From Iphione sp. A-MEVVRFRX5 (Eukaryota), in the NCBI GenBank assembly GCA_976226885.1, contig OZ320315.1, positions 56,234,001 to 56,298,000 of the forward strand: a stretch of DNA of 64,000 nt, in the 5' to 3' direction. The position numbers and the translations under genes were made by a program. Shown here in pieces: positions 51,257-64,000 of the stretch. Below the pieces are notes generated by a model, which was given only the letters and a program-made list of their open reading frames with translations, ran no database searches and was not told the DNA's origin. Each line of letters opens with the position of its first letter. Position 1 is the stretch's first letter.

Positions 51257-54200
51257 CTGTGGAGAAACAGACAACAGGAAAGGCATGATATATTGACCCA
51301 AAACTCAAGGGCGCAATTTTCTGTATTGACCATTTATCATAATATCACTATTTACACAAGGAGAGTGGCGTAAAAAGACAGACGTTTGTATCTTTTCAGC
51401 GCCCCAATGTACTTTCTCTAAGCACAACTGCGAGGCTTACTTCTTCATAACTGCAATCCACATAAAGCCCATGTCGCACCGAACCCATTCCTTGGATTTA
51501 GCATCCATGTACATGTACATGCCCATCAGTTACTCAATTAGGGTGGGGCGCTATGAGATACAGTGTGTGTGTGTACGCATCTATAGTCTATATAATATCC
51601 GACACCTACCTGTAGACGATAGTTGCAAAGGTGGTACCAAGTAGGAGATGGTAAACGGACCAGGCCAAGCGCGCGCCTGCTAAATGGCTAACGCTTGTAA
51701 TTAGGTAGTCGAGCATAATACCTGCAGCACCAGAACGGACAAGTTGGTAATCATGATAAAGTCAAGGGAGGCGTGAGTGAATTTCATAAAAAAGTCTATA
51801 CTGGTCTCCTTAAAAGGGGGAACAAGCTTTTACACTCATACTTATCTACAGTCAGACCTCGCTATTTTGAGGACTTCGGATTTTCATAGTGATTTAATAT
51901 TTCAGATAATTCAGTACTTTTAGACCACCTTTCGGGATCTAACGACATCCAAGGGTATAATTCCAGGTCTGACTGCACATTACCAACCCTTACGAATCTG
52001 TAAGTCCGTAAACTGATTCGCGGGAGGTGACCTAATCAAAATGTACAGTCGCTGACGTCACGAACCTGTCAGCATAAAGCTGTAGAGCACGCATGGGAAA
52101 TAGTGATGGAAGTAGAGCACCCGACTCATCGTCCAGAAGGGCAGATAATGCATGAGCCAGCCGAGCATGAGCCACCAGCAGGCCTCGAACGTGCGGTCCG
52201 TGTACTCTGTCCGACGAGACACAAGAGACATGCTGCAGTTCACATTGGACATCATGGACCCGAATTTAACACTTATGACTTGGGAGTTACACATAAAAGG
52301 TTCCAACGGAAACGGCCAATGAAAGAGTGGCTCGAGAATCTGTGACCATGTGGAACACTATGAAGGTTTCAAAGGGGCGGGGGGGGGTGCTCGGTGAATT
52401 GCTAGGATCATAATGTATGGCTGCAAGGATGGATGTGGGCCGATAAAAAAAAAGATATTATAATTTTAGTTCTCGTATGCCATGGGGAGAATATGGGTGG
52501 AGGAGCGGCTGTCAGTTGTGAATAGAAAGTTGCGTGAATGGGTTCTGGTTTGTCTATATCCCCGTCGCTCACCTTGCTGGTCTTTTGACATCAAGTGTCC
52601 TCTCTGGCGACGCACGGCGTGGAATACGGCTAGCAGAAGATAGACCACCATGACGACCAGGCTGCCCCACCACAACACAGGGTTACCTAGGAGGAGGACA
52701 CGCTCGTGGCCACCCGAGAAAGCCTGACCCTGGAGGAGGCGTGCAGAGTAGTGAGGCTCAGGAGAAACCACTTTCATCATATTCACTGAGAGGTTATCTT
52801 GGGGTGTCTCGCTATACATTATAACATTTCATAGAGCAGGTAAGGAAAGTACTGATAGAATATAGTCTGGTGCTTCAAAGTCTATCAGTGATTCCTGACT
52901 AAAGTAACAAACACGTTTAGCATCCATGTTTATCGCCCTTATCTAACAACATCTGCTTCAGACAATTCTGTTCGGTTAAGAAGTTTGATCGAATAAGGAT
53001 AAAGTATGCCAGTTTCAGTTTACATCCGTATACTGTGTGTTCCATAAGCCAGGACAATCCGTACTTATATGCATTATGGATATTTTGAACATATATTGAT
53101 ATAAGATATCCAAACCTTATAATTGATGGGCCACTGCCACGGTCTGGAGGTAATTTCGCCCTCCTTTGGCCTAAGTCCGCTGTTGCCCTGAGAAATAGAC
53201 GGGAAAATCACCATTGGTCACATGACATTTCAATTAACAGAAACAAGAAAGTTGACATGCGAGGTCTACGGTGCCCTGCATGCCAGTTATTGGCACAGAA
53301 CTGACTGTTTCTACTATTCATTCTCCTTGCCTACTACCTACAGAAGTCATACCAGTGAGTACCTATTTCAGGCTTGACTTAATCTGTTTAGGTAACCTTC
53401 CCCGACCCTGTTTGCACCTATATATTAAAAGACATTTATTTCACCTTGACATAACTTGAAATAATACAGAAATAATCAATTAGCAATCGCTCACAGAGGA
53501 AAACATTGTACCGTCTCTATGAGGCAGGGAACCGTATCCCTACTTCAAAGTTTGGATAATTGTTGGGACGAAAAGTGTTTTCGAACTTTCATTACTGGTA
53601 ACAATCACACAATTAGATTGTAAATATTATCTACGTCTGTGTACAAGTGATAACATAGTAATGGTTACGGTGCAAAAAGAATGAACAAATTTAATGAAAC
53701 AGGAGTTAGTATTTTACGTGTTCTTACCTGTGCCATGACAGCATGGGATTCCATGAACTTTTGAAGGAAGGATGGTGCATACATTGTGAAACTTCTATTT
53801 GGCACTGTTGAAAACAAAATATCAATAGGTCATAAGACGTAAATCAAAAACAACTGCCTGAACGTAAGTAGAGTACACTCTCACCAGCGAAAGCACTCAA
53901 CAATAAGAACAACCTTGGGGAGAAGGCAATTTTAACAGGTCTCACTGATGTGTAATACATAAGAAAAACACCTCAGATAGGAGGACAGTTTTGTATTAAA
54001 GGTAAAATTGTGTGGTCCCAGTGGTGGTCGCAATAGAGGGTTTGGGGCTGTATACAGTTAACTAAATGTACAACACATAATGTCGCAGTTAACGACCGAT
54101 TTAAACATCTGAAAATCGTCTCATATACAGCAAACAGGCTGCAATGGAAGCCATTCACATGTACACTAAAAGGATTTGCGTGATACAATCCCTAGAATAA

Positions 54201-57200
54201 CGGTATTTATGATACGCTATGTAGCTATACAACTAGCGTGAATCGTAGCGAACTGTAACTTGAGCAACTAACTTCTAGACGATGATGGAATTGTTTCACT
54301 GGAGGGTAAAGTAATACGAAAGAGGAGGCTAACTTTAAAAAACGACTGCAACAGCCTAGGTTCGACCATCTAAACACAAAGGGCCATTTATTTCGCCAGC
54401 AAAAGCAGGATGGGCAGCGCATTGTAGCCAACAGATGTACAGAACAGCAGGTATTTTATACGAGGTACATTTGTTACAAATCGGTTACAAAAAGTTCTCA
54501 TTTGCAACAAAATAGAATTAGGAGCCCAAAGAGCGACAGATAATGCGCCAATTTCACGGTCTATACACTTCATATCTGAACTCAATATGCGCTCAAGGTC
54601 TTGATAAATCTTTTTCATCATCTATCCCAATCGGACAGATCTAGAGATTGCCATCTATGGAAGACAGACCAATAATTTGCATGAAGAAGAGGGTGGGACC
54701 ACCTGTAATTGGCTGATTCTACCAATTTTTGTACCAGTCTCGGAGATTACATGAGAAAAAAATTATATATTAATGAAAGGGTTACATACAAATATTAAAT
54801 GGTAGTGTCATAACAGTAATAAATCAGGAAAATATATTCCTTTTACAGGCTTGTGAACAAGAATTTATGTAAAAGTATGTAATCTCCGAGACCAAAAGAC
54901 ACCTGTAACAATTATGGTTTTTGTTTATTTTACAAAAAAGAAACCATTCATATTCAAATAGGACCAGTATATATTTCAATTACATATACTTCTTGCACTG
55001 GACCTTATGGCCAAGTCACCATTAACCCCCTGATAAATACTGAAAATACAAAATATATATCATCTCGGAGATTACATAAGCATTTGTATACAGTCCCATA
55101 TTTAGACTTGAATTCTTCATAGTGTAGATATAACTACATTATAATTTTATTTCATAATAGTCTATTAATAATTGCAGTATTCCAATTACAATAGCACAAA
55201 AACTGAGTTTCATTTCATTTATATTAGTCTTTTACATAGGCATTAAAGAATGGTCTCAGAGATTACAAGTAAATTCTTATTAAAATATCATTGGTTCTTA
55301 CACAATTAAAAAACATCTTTTATTTACTCTCTTTTCTTCTAAATATTTTGACTATCTGTTGTCAATTCATCATGAATGCAATTACTGCAAATTAAATATA
55401 AATTGCCTTTACATTCAGTAAACAGTCGTTAATAATTGTCAACAGAACTAAGAAATACAGCCTTTTTCTTTTAATTTCTTCCAAGATACTATCCTCACAC
55501 ATATGAATTACATACCAATAGACAGCATTTGAATTCTACTTTCGTATGAAACTAAACATTTAAATATAAAAAACAGAATTCACCTGCTAATGCTAGTAAA
55601 TTACCTAATTTGTAATCTCCGAGACTGGTACAAAAATTGGTAGAATTTTACAGGAGTGGTGAAGGCCTGCTTTTGGAGGCCTGTGTCCATACCTTGATAC
55701 AAAGTCATGACTACATTTAACCTGTAAGTTCATGTAATCTACTAACTTTAGTACCAGGGGTGTCCACCTTAGACTTCAAAGCCTGAAGCCTCACAGTTTG
55801 AACGAATGTCCTATTGCTGATTGTCAACCTGAGTATCCTTTAAGTAGAAAAGTTTGAAAGTATTCACATGACTCCAAATGCCCCTCTCCATAATCTCCAA
55901 AAGTGGCCTACCTATCTTTGCCAGCTTAAATGAAGACAGAGACCTAGTGGAATGAGCAGAGGAAACCTGTGTGTCAATGTCAGTCAATGCCATAACCTCC
56001 TTTGTACACCTTACTAAGGTGGCAGTGGAAACAGATTTATGACAGCTAGTAAAAGAGATAAACAAAGAGCCATCCCCCGTGCTTAGGTCTAAAAGATGCT
56101 GTTCTAGTGGTGTACTCTTTGAGACATCTGACAGCACAAACACTCAGTTGGGCCATAAAAGGAAACACATCTGCCCTTCCTAGACTACTTAAGGATCTTA
56201 GTAAAGACAGTCTGCAGATTACCATCCCCAACCTCATGAATATTGGACAACTGAATGTTGCAGATAGTCTGCATCCTACCACCGGTAGCGAAAAGAACAA
56301 AACATGTAACACATGAGGGTAAGCTTCTTGAGAGACAGGGAAGACACAAAGGTTCCCAAAGCTTCAGAGAGTCAAGAACCTTGGACACATCCCAAGTATA
56401 GTCCACTCAAGCAACAGGAGGCCTACCATTTAAGAAGCCAGTAAGCAACCTGACCATGTGCAGATGCTTTCCAAAAGTGACACCTTTAAACAAAGGAGGG
56501 ACTACTGACAAGGCACTCCTTGCAGTGGTCAAGGGATGAGTGAGTTACATGTGTGCTGGTAACAATGTATTTCATGTTTATCCCACCAGAGGATTCATGC
56601 ATTGGCCCTGCGGAGGCTGAGTGTATTTTTAGCTACCAGTGGTCAGTATGCGCCAGCCCGGTGACACAAAAATCCTCCTCCACCCACCCAAAGTTGAGTA
56701 ATTTCCATGTGTTTATGGATTACATTTATTGTTTGTACTTCTGTGCTTATTTCTTATATTCTAATTTGGATAATGTTCCCTAGCATGTTTGCAGTAGTTC
56801 CACCTACTCATCCTAGGCACGTTAGGTTTTATTGTTAAATGCCTCCACAGGCCAGAATATATGTATAAGCCTGCCCTGTTTTCCAATAAACGGTGGGATA
56901 CTAAGATATAATGTTTATGTATTAAATTTGTTGAAAGTCATATTTTGTTTATTGTCCATTTGTGTGTGGGAGGTTGATAAGAATTAATACTTGATACTTC
57001 TGTTGAACAAAGTCATAAGGTAATGTATAGCCTGTATGAGAGTAGGGTTCAGTGGATCCTAATTCTTCTCAAAACACAAGGTATTCCACCTCTTCAGGTA
57101 TGTGTCATAGACCAACCTAGTCTTAGGCCTCCAAAAGCACACCATTATAGCTCTCACAGAGGCAGACAAGTCTTTTCTGTTAAGGACAGTATTTAACAAA

Positions 57201-60200
57201 GAAGGGTTATAATTTTTATAGCCCCCAGCTTCTATGGATTTCCTAAATGATATATGGTGTTGAACTTGGACTTCATGAATAACAGAGGAGGCTGCCAGGC
57301 AATTTAGAGACGCCTGCTGTGCCAGGCCCTGTGAGGCCAGGCAGGCACTAACAGCAGGGCTGACCTTGGACGGTGCTGCATCACCTTGGCAATGCACCTA
57401 GCAATCAAAAAAAGGACAGAGGTAAGGCATTTGAACACTAGACCAATCCCAGGAAAAAGCATCTACAAACAAAGCTCCTGGAGCAGAGTGGCAACTAGCC
57501 TAGCATCAAAAGGCACCTTGTGGTTAAGCCTGGAGGCAAAAAAATCTCTATCAGGAGTTCGCCAAGAATTCACCACTGCCATTTGCTATCAAAAGTAGAA
57601 CCATCAGACCATGCACACCAACTGAACTCAGAAGTGTCAGTATAGAAAATATGACTGAACTCCTGAACAACTAAAGGCCTAGCAATATAAGGCAGATTCA
57701 CAAGCCACTACCTTAAATTCTGTTTAGCAGCACATGATAAAGTCATATGGCTTTCAGATTGAGCCTCTCTGGCTTAAACAAGAAACCACATCTTACAGGC
57801 CTCTAAAGCTTTAAAGTTGTTCTTACCATACTGTTGCCCTGGCCAGGTCAACAACCTTTTTCAAAACTGAGGCTACACTACAAATAACATTGACCTTTTC
57901 AGCCAAGACAGACTAAATATAAGCAGTGACCTTAGTCACTCTAGATTCAGTAGATGTAGCCATCATGTCAACAGAAGTAATGTTGTAATCCAGAAAGACA
58001 ACAGACTGGGCTGGCTCCAGAGAAAATTTCTCAAAATTAATGAAAAAAAAACCCAAAACTGCAACAACTAAATGTTTTATAGACAAATAAGGAACACTCC
58101 TAGGTGTCTTTGCCAATGATAATGATATCATCAACATACGAAGCAAACACCACACACTTCTCCGTAAGGCAAGCCAAGGGAGGAACCATGATCTTTGTAA
58201 AGATCCTAAGGGCAGAAGACAAACCACCCTGCCAAACAAATGCCAAATACTTCCTATGCAATGACTAAATTGGCATAGTATATAATGACACATACTTCAG
58301 ATGTATTGATGTCACAAAGTAAATTCTGAAACAAGAGGCAGCACTGTTTCCAAGGTCTCCACTTTAAAATATCTGTATTCGATAATTTTATTCAATTTAC
58401 ATAAGTCCATTTTCATCCTGAAGGAACTATTTGGTTTGGGCTTCAGGAAGATTTTGGACAAAAAAGCATCAGACGGAACTGGATCCAGAACCAAAATAGA
58501 CCTAACTTTCAGGACATTGGATAACTCCTCCTGTACAAATTTGACTAGGCCTTCATAAACAGGATAGGCCTTGGCCTCACTGCTTGACAGGGAAAAGATA
58601 AAAGGTCAAGCTTATAGCCCAACACTACTTCTAACACTTCCCTGTCTGGCGTCAGCCCAGCCCACTGCTTTCTGAAGGAAGCTAGGTTTCCTGTGATGAA
58701 ACTTATTTCCTCACTGGAGACTGTTGCTGCTGCTGCTGCTCCTTCTGGGGCTGCTGCCCTGGTCGATACTGGACACGTGGTGGCTGCTAATAATATTAGG
58801 GCCCAGGCTTGTATTGATAACTCTGGAAATGGAACCTGCGGCAGGCTCGGAACAAAGCAAAGCAAACCTTCTTTTCTGATTTGACTTAATTATCCTTCAC
58901 CTCCTTCACAACTGAGAAGAAAGTTATTGCAAAAGAGGAAATGAAGAGCTACCCACTAGTTCTCCTCTGTGTGAGGAGTGATGAGTTCTATCACCCTGCA
59001 AGATGCAATAAGCACTGACATACGGTCCTGCCTGACCTTCTAGTGGACCTGCTCCCTCTCCCACACCTCCTTCAACAGGTTTGCAAAAAACACCTCATTA
59101 TGCCTAAAAACCTGTAAATGCTCAATGTTAGAAGCAAGGAGATGGCATTTTCACACATCCCCTAGATACTCAGTTTTAAAAAGCTGTAAGACCTTTCTGG
59201 CCAAAGGGACCACATCCCCATCCAAAGGTGACCTGACCTCATTGTTGCATTTGTTCAGTCTATCAGTGCCACAAGAGAGCCAAATTCTGGCACCAACAAC
59301 ACTGTCAAGGCTTGGGAAACCACATCATCATCAAAGACATCCTCACCCTTATTGTCCTGATCAATTAACATATTGAACCCCTGAGCCATATACAGACCAA
59401 GACACTGCATGTCTGCAGAGAACAATTGCAGCAACTGTTGCTGTATCTGCTGCTGCAATCTTATAAGTTCCTCATGGGAATGTGCAGCTTGGGCAGCCAC
59501 TTGAGCTGCCTGTTGTGTGGACTGCTCCTTTGACTTGGCAAGAAAACTTGTTACAATCTAATAAAACGTGGCTTGAATGACTGTGTCCTGCAGATGCTAC
59601 CTTGATGTATGGTTCCAATATGTTCCATTTGTAACTGCCACCCATTGTGACTGGTCATGTGATGTCTGTTGCATAGTGACATCCCATGGGGACCCTTAGT
59701 AACTCAAACATTATTGAATCTTTGCCATAATGTGTATATTATGGGCGGGTTTTCTAGTTGGGATGAATATTCTAGTGCATCCCTGGACTGAGATCAAGGT
59801 TTCGTCCTATTGGACTCATCAGGCATCATATATTTGCAGTGATCAAGGCATCAACATTTGTTGATTTTTTGGTGGGGTAAACCAGAATTGTTACCCATGA
59901 GATTGTTCCAGCACAATGGTTATGTCCAGACTAAATAACTATCTGGTTGATAGGATGTTCAATTGGCTGTCCTATATGCACAGTAAATAGAAAATTTTTG
60001 AATGAGGCATTGTTGTGTGTTTATAGGTGTAGCCATCTCAACTCTGATAGACTGGAGCGTCTATCAGGTTGAGTCCCAGAGGGATGAAGCTCCTTAGGCG
60101 GAACATCCATCGTCGCTCTATGAGATTTCTAAGATCTCTTGCCCTGATGCTCTCAGGGGTTGCATGTATGAAATCTATGACATGGATTTCCACGTCATCT

Positions 60201-63200
60201 AGCCCCTTGTGGGCCCCATTGTTGAAGTGTGCTCCTATGTCTGTCTAAAGTAGGGGTTTGGTGATTTTGTAGAAGTGGTCCTGGAATCTGTCCATGACCC
60301 TCCTTTTCGTTTGTCCTACATATTGTTGGCAACATGTTCTGCAAGTGATACAGTAGATTAAGTTAGAACTCTGGCAGTTCACATTGTACTTTGCAATGTA
60401 CGACCTTTTTGTAACAGTCGAGGTTATTCAGCCTGTCCTGTTGATACATTTACAGTATCTAAAAAAAATAAATAAAAAAAAGAAAACTTGTTACAACTTG
60501 GAAAAAACCTGCAAAATCACCATTGGGTGCCTTAGCCACTGCCACAGGAGCAGAAGATGAGGCTATGCATGTATGAACTGGGTTATCATTCGCAAACCCT
60601 GTGAAAGTCAAATATGCCACAGGCATATTAGATGTCTTGCAAAGAGATCCCATAGACACACCCAACTGTGCATCACCAATAGAGATGCTGTCCAAGATGC
60701 AATAAGTCAACAACCTATGGCTTATTTCTGAGTATGTTCTACTTAGTGCTTTGACCTCTGGGACAAGTTAGGGACACTACCTGAATCATCCAAATTTGAC
60801 TGGCCAACAGACCCCAAAGTCGAACTGTGAGCATTCAGAAAAGTTGAATCATCGCCCAATGACAACGGACCTTCTTCAGTCACACCAGTTGAAGCATGAG
60901 CATAGCCAACTGCCTTATAAGCTGCCAATGGTCTAGCTGCAGGTTGATCAACCTGTCTATAACCCGGTCAAACAGACTGTAATGTTCTAGCTGCAGGTTG
61001 ATCAACCTGATCAACCTGCTCATAAACAGGTTGACCAGCACCTGTACACCCTGAAGAGTCCAGAGGGATGGCTAATGTGGTCACTAGGGTAACTGATCTG
61101 CTTGACCCAGCAGGAGCTACAGCCCCCTAGGCAACTCCTCTTGATGAGGTGGAGGTCACTGAACCTACTGACCCCTCAGAGGCAGGTCGCACAGGAGCAC
61201 CAAAGGGGTGACCCCCTGACCCCCATTTGAATAAGACCGGACGAGTCCACTGGCCTTCTCATGTCCGTACTATGCCCAGAGCTTCCTTTTGGCTCATCAA
61301 GTCAGAAAATAGATATAGAGAAGGAATCCTTTTGCTTCTTTCAAATTCAAATTTTATTTGGTACTCTCATGTTCAATACAGAGGTCTTCGTAGAAAATTA
61401 TGAAACAGTGCAGAATATACAGTGCATGTAGAAAAAAGAACAATAAAAAAGAAGTTGGTGCCTGTATTCATTTGACTCTACATACCAATGATAAGGCACT
61501 CATTTTGAGTATGTGTGGTGGAAGATAGTTGGTAAAGTCATAGTTGATCTAACATGGTGTGTGAGTAACTGCTCAACATGCTTACGATAAAAACTCTTTG
61601 TGATCACATAAAAGGCTCGGATTTAAGCATCTCCTCAGTGCGTAACTGTTTAAAGCAAGGGAGGTTGTAGTACCATACATGATAGCGTAACAAAACCACA
61701 ATGTGACATATGACAACCTAGCCCATTACTATTCACCTATGCACGTGACTTATCCCTTTTCCCTTTGGATGGGGAGCTAGAGCCAACCTTGTTAGCCCTC
61801 TCCCCCTCTACCAAGTGTGTCTGGTCCATAACCAAAAAGAAATTCTAAAATAAGCAAAACATGCACTGACAGTGATCCAGACATGCTAATAGTAATCCCA
61901 GATACGCTACCTGTGACTATAAATGATTCTAACCAGATAGTAATAACGACGAAAAAAATAAAGTTGAACAGAGACAAGTGTTTGGATAGTTCTGACCACA
62001 GGGACTGCCGTACTGAAAGTGAGTGTAGTGAATTAGGCTGGCTATGGTGGCATCACATGTACTATTCTCAGGTAGACACCTGGTGTCCACCCCTGGTACT
62101 AATGTCCCTCAATGCCTCCAAGATATGAGGTCACAATAGCTTTATTTTATCCACTGTGTAATGATTAAATAGTTTAGATGATTGACTACTTCAGACAACT
62201 ATAGAGATCTGAAGTAGCAAAGTCTGACCGGTTTGAGGGACAACTACAGTGTGTCCTGTGTCGGGATATGTAAAAGAGAGGTAAGAACCTTATCCATCCG
62301 CTGATCCTATGTTGAGAATGAAGACCAGAATAAAACCATAAAAAAAGCCCACCTGCGAGGTCTGTGGTGCCCCACTAGCCAATCAATCAAGCAGAACTTA
62401 TTTTTTCTGTTTGGTCGAGCAGACTCTGCTGTAGGTCAACTGCCTGTTCATGACTGAAGTGATTTGTTTTGAAAGTTAACAATAGCTTAAATGACTTGTA
62501 AATGACTCAATGACCAGTGTCTACATAACAGAACATCAAACAAAAAAACCCTTAATTTAATTGAGTGACTTGGATATTATAAGACCCACAAGATTATGAC
62601 GGACGGTCAGGCAGCAGCATTTCTGGGTCACCATCTTTATGGGGCAGAAGGAAAACGTACATCTTGCGATATGCCACTTGACAAAATTCTTCACTTACGT
62701 CGAGCATCCTCAACAGTCTCTATATTCCAAGTCGCCCGAGTGTCCCTTGCGTTAGGGTTACACGTCACTTCTAGTTGTCCCCAGCCCCTGTCAGACAAAA
62801 AGTTACAAAACAGAGTAAGTATGGAATCGTGAAATTACTACAACAAATACTGTAACTTGCACGGAAGCTCAAATACAGCAGTCTGTTGTTTGATTAGTTC
62901 CGTATGTCCACCGGTTCAACAAATAACACTAAGAACGTCTCGCAGACCACCATACGTGAAGCAATTACCTGGTGAAATTCCGGTGTAACATTTTCGCATG
63001 TGACTTTCCAGCCGATCATATTTTTTTTGTCACTTTTTTCCCTCAAAAGGTCAGTCAAAATGTCATAAAACTATTCTCTGCAACTTACTATAAAACTGAA
63101 CGGACATCCAAGTGGGTAGGTTTTATCACAATGATTTAATCAGCGATAAAACCGATAAAGAAAGGTACTATTTTGGGCTGAGGAGATTTTTGGGGGTCAT

Positions 63201-64000
63201 AATTTGAATAAGCATTGTTTTGTACCTTTTCGGTTTTACTGCAGGACAGTTTCATAATCAAATGCATAAGGTTATTGTTTCGATTCTGTAACACTTGAGG
63301 GTATATGCGTGTGTATGAAAGCAGATCATATATCCTGGCGAGGCCATATCTACATGTAGTCCCTACCAGAACAGGCCATTTACTAAGACAATCAAGATGC
63401 GAGTGTATAAGCCAATAAAGGTAATGCAGAAAACTGCACATAACACACACGAAAGAGCTACATCAAACCCGAATAACGAATGGAGAAACCCTCACCTTAT
63501 CGGTGGTAGTTGCAGAGCAAAGCGTGAACAAAATAGCACAAATATCATGCGTAATATTTTTGTCGCTCCTTTTCAAAATCAGTGTCGAAGCAAATAAATG
63601 GACTTTTAACATAAAACTTATTCGTTGCAATTCTCCATGCTGGCGTTTATGATGCACAAGCGCACAAACTAATACACACGAACAGCCTACCATTTGGGTA
63701 ACTGCTTGTTGTGAGACTGCAGGGCACAGCCGACGCCTGCGTGAACCAGACGGAAGACAGTGCGTACAGTTAGGAGAGGGGCTACACCCTGCGCGTTCGT
63801 CATCTCCAGGCGGAATACATCGTTATAATCACCTTCGCCGTCCTGAAGTGCAACAAAATACGGTCAAACTTTCATGTGTTTCGAAAAACAGCACTTCAGC
63901 GAAACGGGAATAATTTCCTCATGTGCTACGGAAGCGTGTATAAATGCTAGTGTACTCACGTTTCCATAACAGGTCACTTGGTAGTGTTTCAGTGTTATAG
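51151..64000 (-). CDS. POMT2: Protein O-mannosyltransferase 2, 3' part (MIR domain end and C-terminal TM region), 5'-truncated. complement join(63960..>64000,63691..63842,62699..62787,53728..53804,53116..53187,52573..52729,52066..52206,51610..51721,51151..51256)
   Basis: Nine phase-compatible GT-AG exons. Motifs [64 protein letters not shown] and [10 protein letters not shown] are characteristic of POMT2. Confidence 0.96.
51610..51721 (-). CDS. POMT2: POMT2 exon (IMLDYLITS...FATIVYS)
   Basis: ctgcag/ and /gtaggt, phase 1-2. Confidence 0.9.
52066..52206 (-). CDS. POMT2: POMT2 exon ([48 protein letters not shown])
   Basis: ggacag/ and /gttcgt, phase 1-1. Confidence 0.95.
52573..52729 (-). CDS. 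POMT2: POMT2 exon ([21 protein letters not shown]...KDQQ)
   Basis: ctccag/ and /gtgagc, phase 0-1. Confidence 0.95.
53116..53187 (-). CDS. POMT2: POMT2 exon ([24 protein letters not shown])
   Basis: ttctcag/ and /gtttgg, phase 0-0. Confidence 0.95.
53728..53804 (-). CDS. POMT2: POMT2 exon ([26 protein letters not shown])
   Basis: ttcaacag/ and /gtaaga, phase 1-0. Confidence 0.93.
54716..55646. mobile_element. AT-rich non-autonomous inverted-repeat (MITE/foldback-like) element
   Basis: Perfect 36-bp inverted repeat (54716-54751 ATTCTACCAATTTTTGTACCAGTCTCGGAGATTACA vs 55611-55646); internal copies of TCTCGGAGATTACA at 54878, 55063 and 55252; no ORF. Confidence 0.75.
55700..62130 (-). mobile_element. 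Decayed DIRS1-like tyrosine-recombinase retrotransposon in a POMT2 intron (gag-like region, RT, partial RNase H, Dam-type methylase, YR)
   Basis: RT: [70 protein letters not shown] (57913-58790). RH: [12 protein letters not shown]: [31 protein letters not shown] (~57290-57570). YR: [43 protein letters not shown] (55811-57170). Many stops and frameshifts; boundaries approximate. Confidence 0.88.
62699..62787 (-). CDS. POMT2: POMT2 exon ([29 protein letters not shown])
   Basis: ctgacag/ and /gtaagt, phase 2-1. Confidence 0.93.
63691..63842 (-). CDS. POMT2: POMT2 exon ([13 protein letters not shown]...QLPKW)
   Basis: cttcag/ and /gtaggc, phase 0-2, MIR motif. Confidence 0.93.
63960..64000 (-). 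CDS. POMT2: POMT2 exon, truncated by the window edge (..[13 protein letters not shown])
   Basis: /gtgagt donor, phase 0. Confidence 0.85.

Noticed and set aside
54225-54621. Minus-strand ORFs possibly of polymerase origin
   Set aside because: No diagnostic RT or RdRp motif.
1-64000. CRISPR arrays, rRNA, tRNA, prokaryotic operons
   Set aside because: None seen; the window is intron-rich eukaryotic DNA.

Overview
Eukaryotic (metazoan, probably marine-invertebrate) AT-rich genomic DNA with GT-AG introns, one 140-N assembly gap and many decayed repeats. Three spliced genes were reconstructed by hand, with exon phases checked. (1) A 5'-truncated + strand type-I membrane protein (2201-9864): LamG/ConA-like tail, half-EGF, 3x cbEGF, SEA, EGF, TM, short tail. 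(2) A complete + strand TMEM179/179B-family gene (16290-45619) with a 21.7-kb first intron and a candidate 9-nt microexon. (3) The 3' nine exons of POMT2 on the - strand (51151 to >64000), convergent with TMEM179. One POMT2 intron holds a decayed DIRS-type tyrosine-recombinase retrotransposon (RT/RNaseH/adenine-methylase/YR) next to an AT-rich inverted-repeat element. Also present: three apparently exact tandem duplications (140, 1227, 120 bp), cryptic minus-strand exons inside the 1227-bp unit, and strong TACATGTA over-representation. Most of the supplied ORFs are spurious or exon read-throughs. All homology calls come from recalled family motifs, not from database searches.
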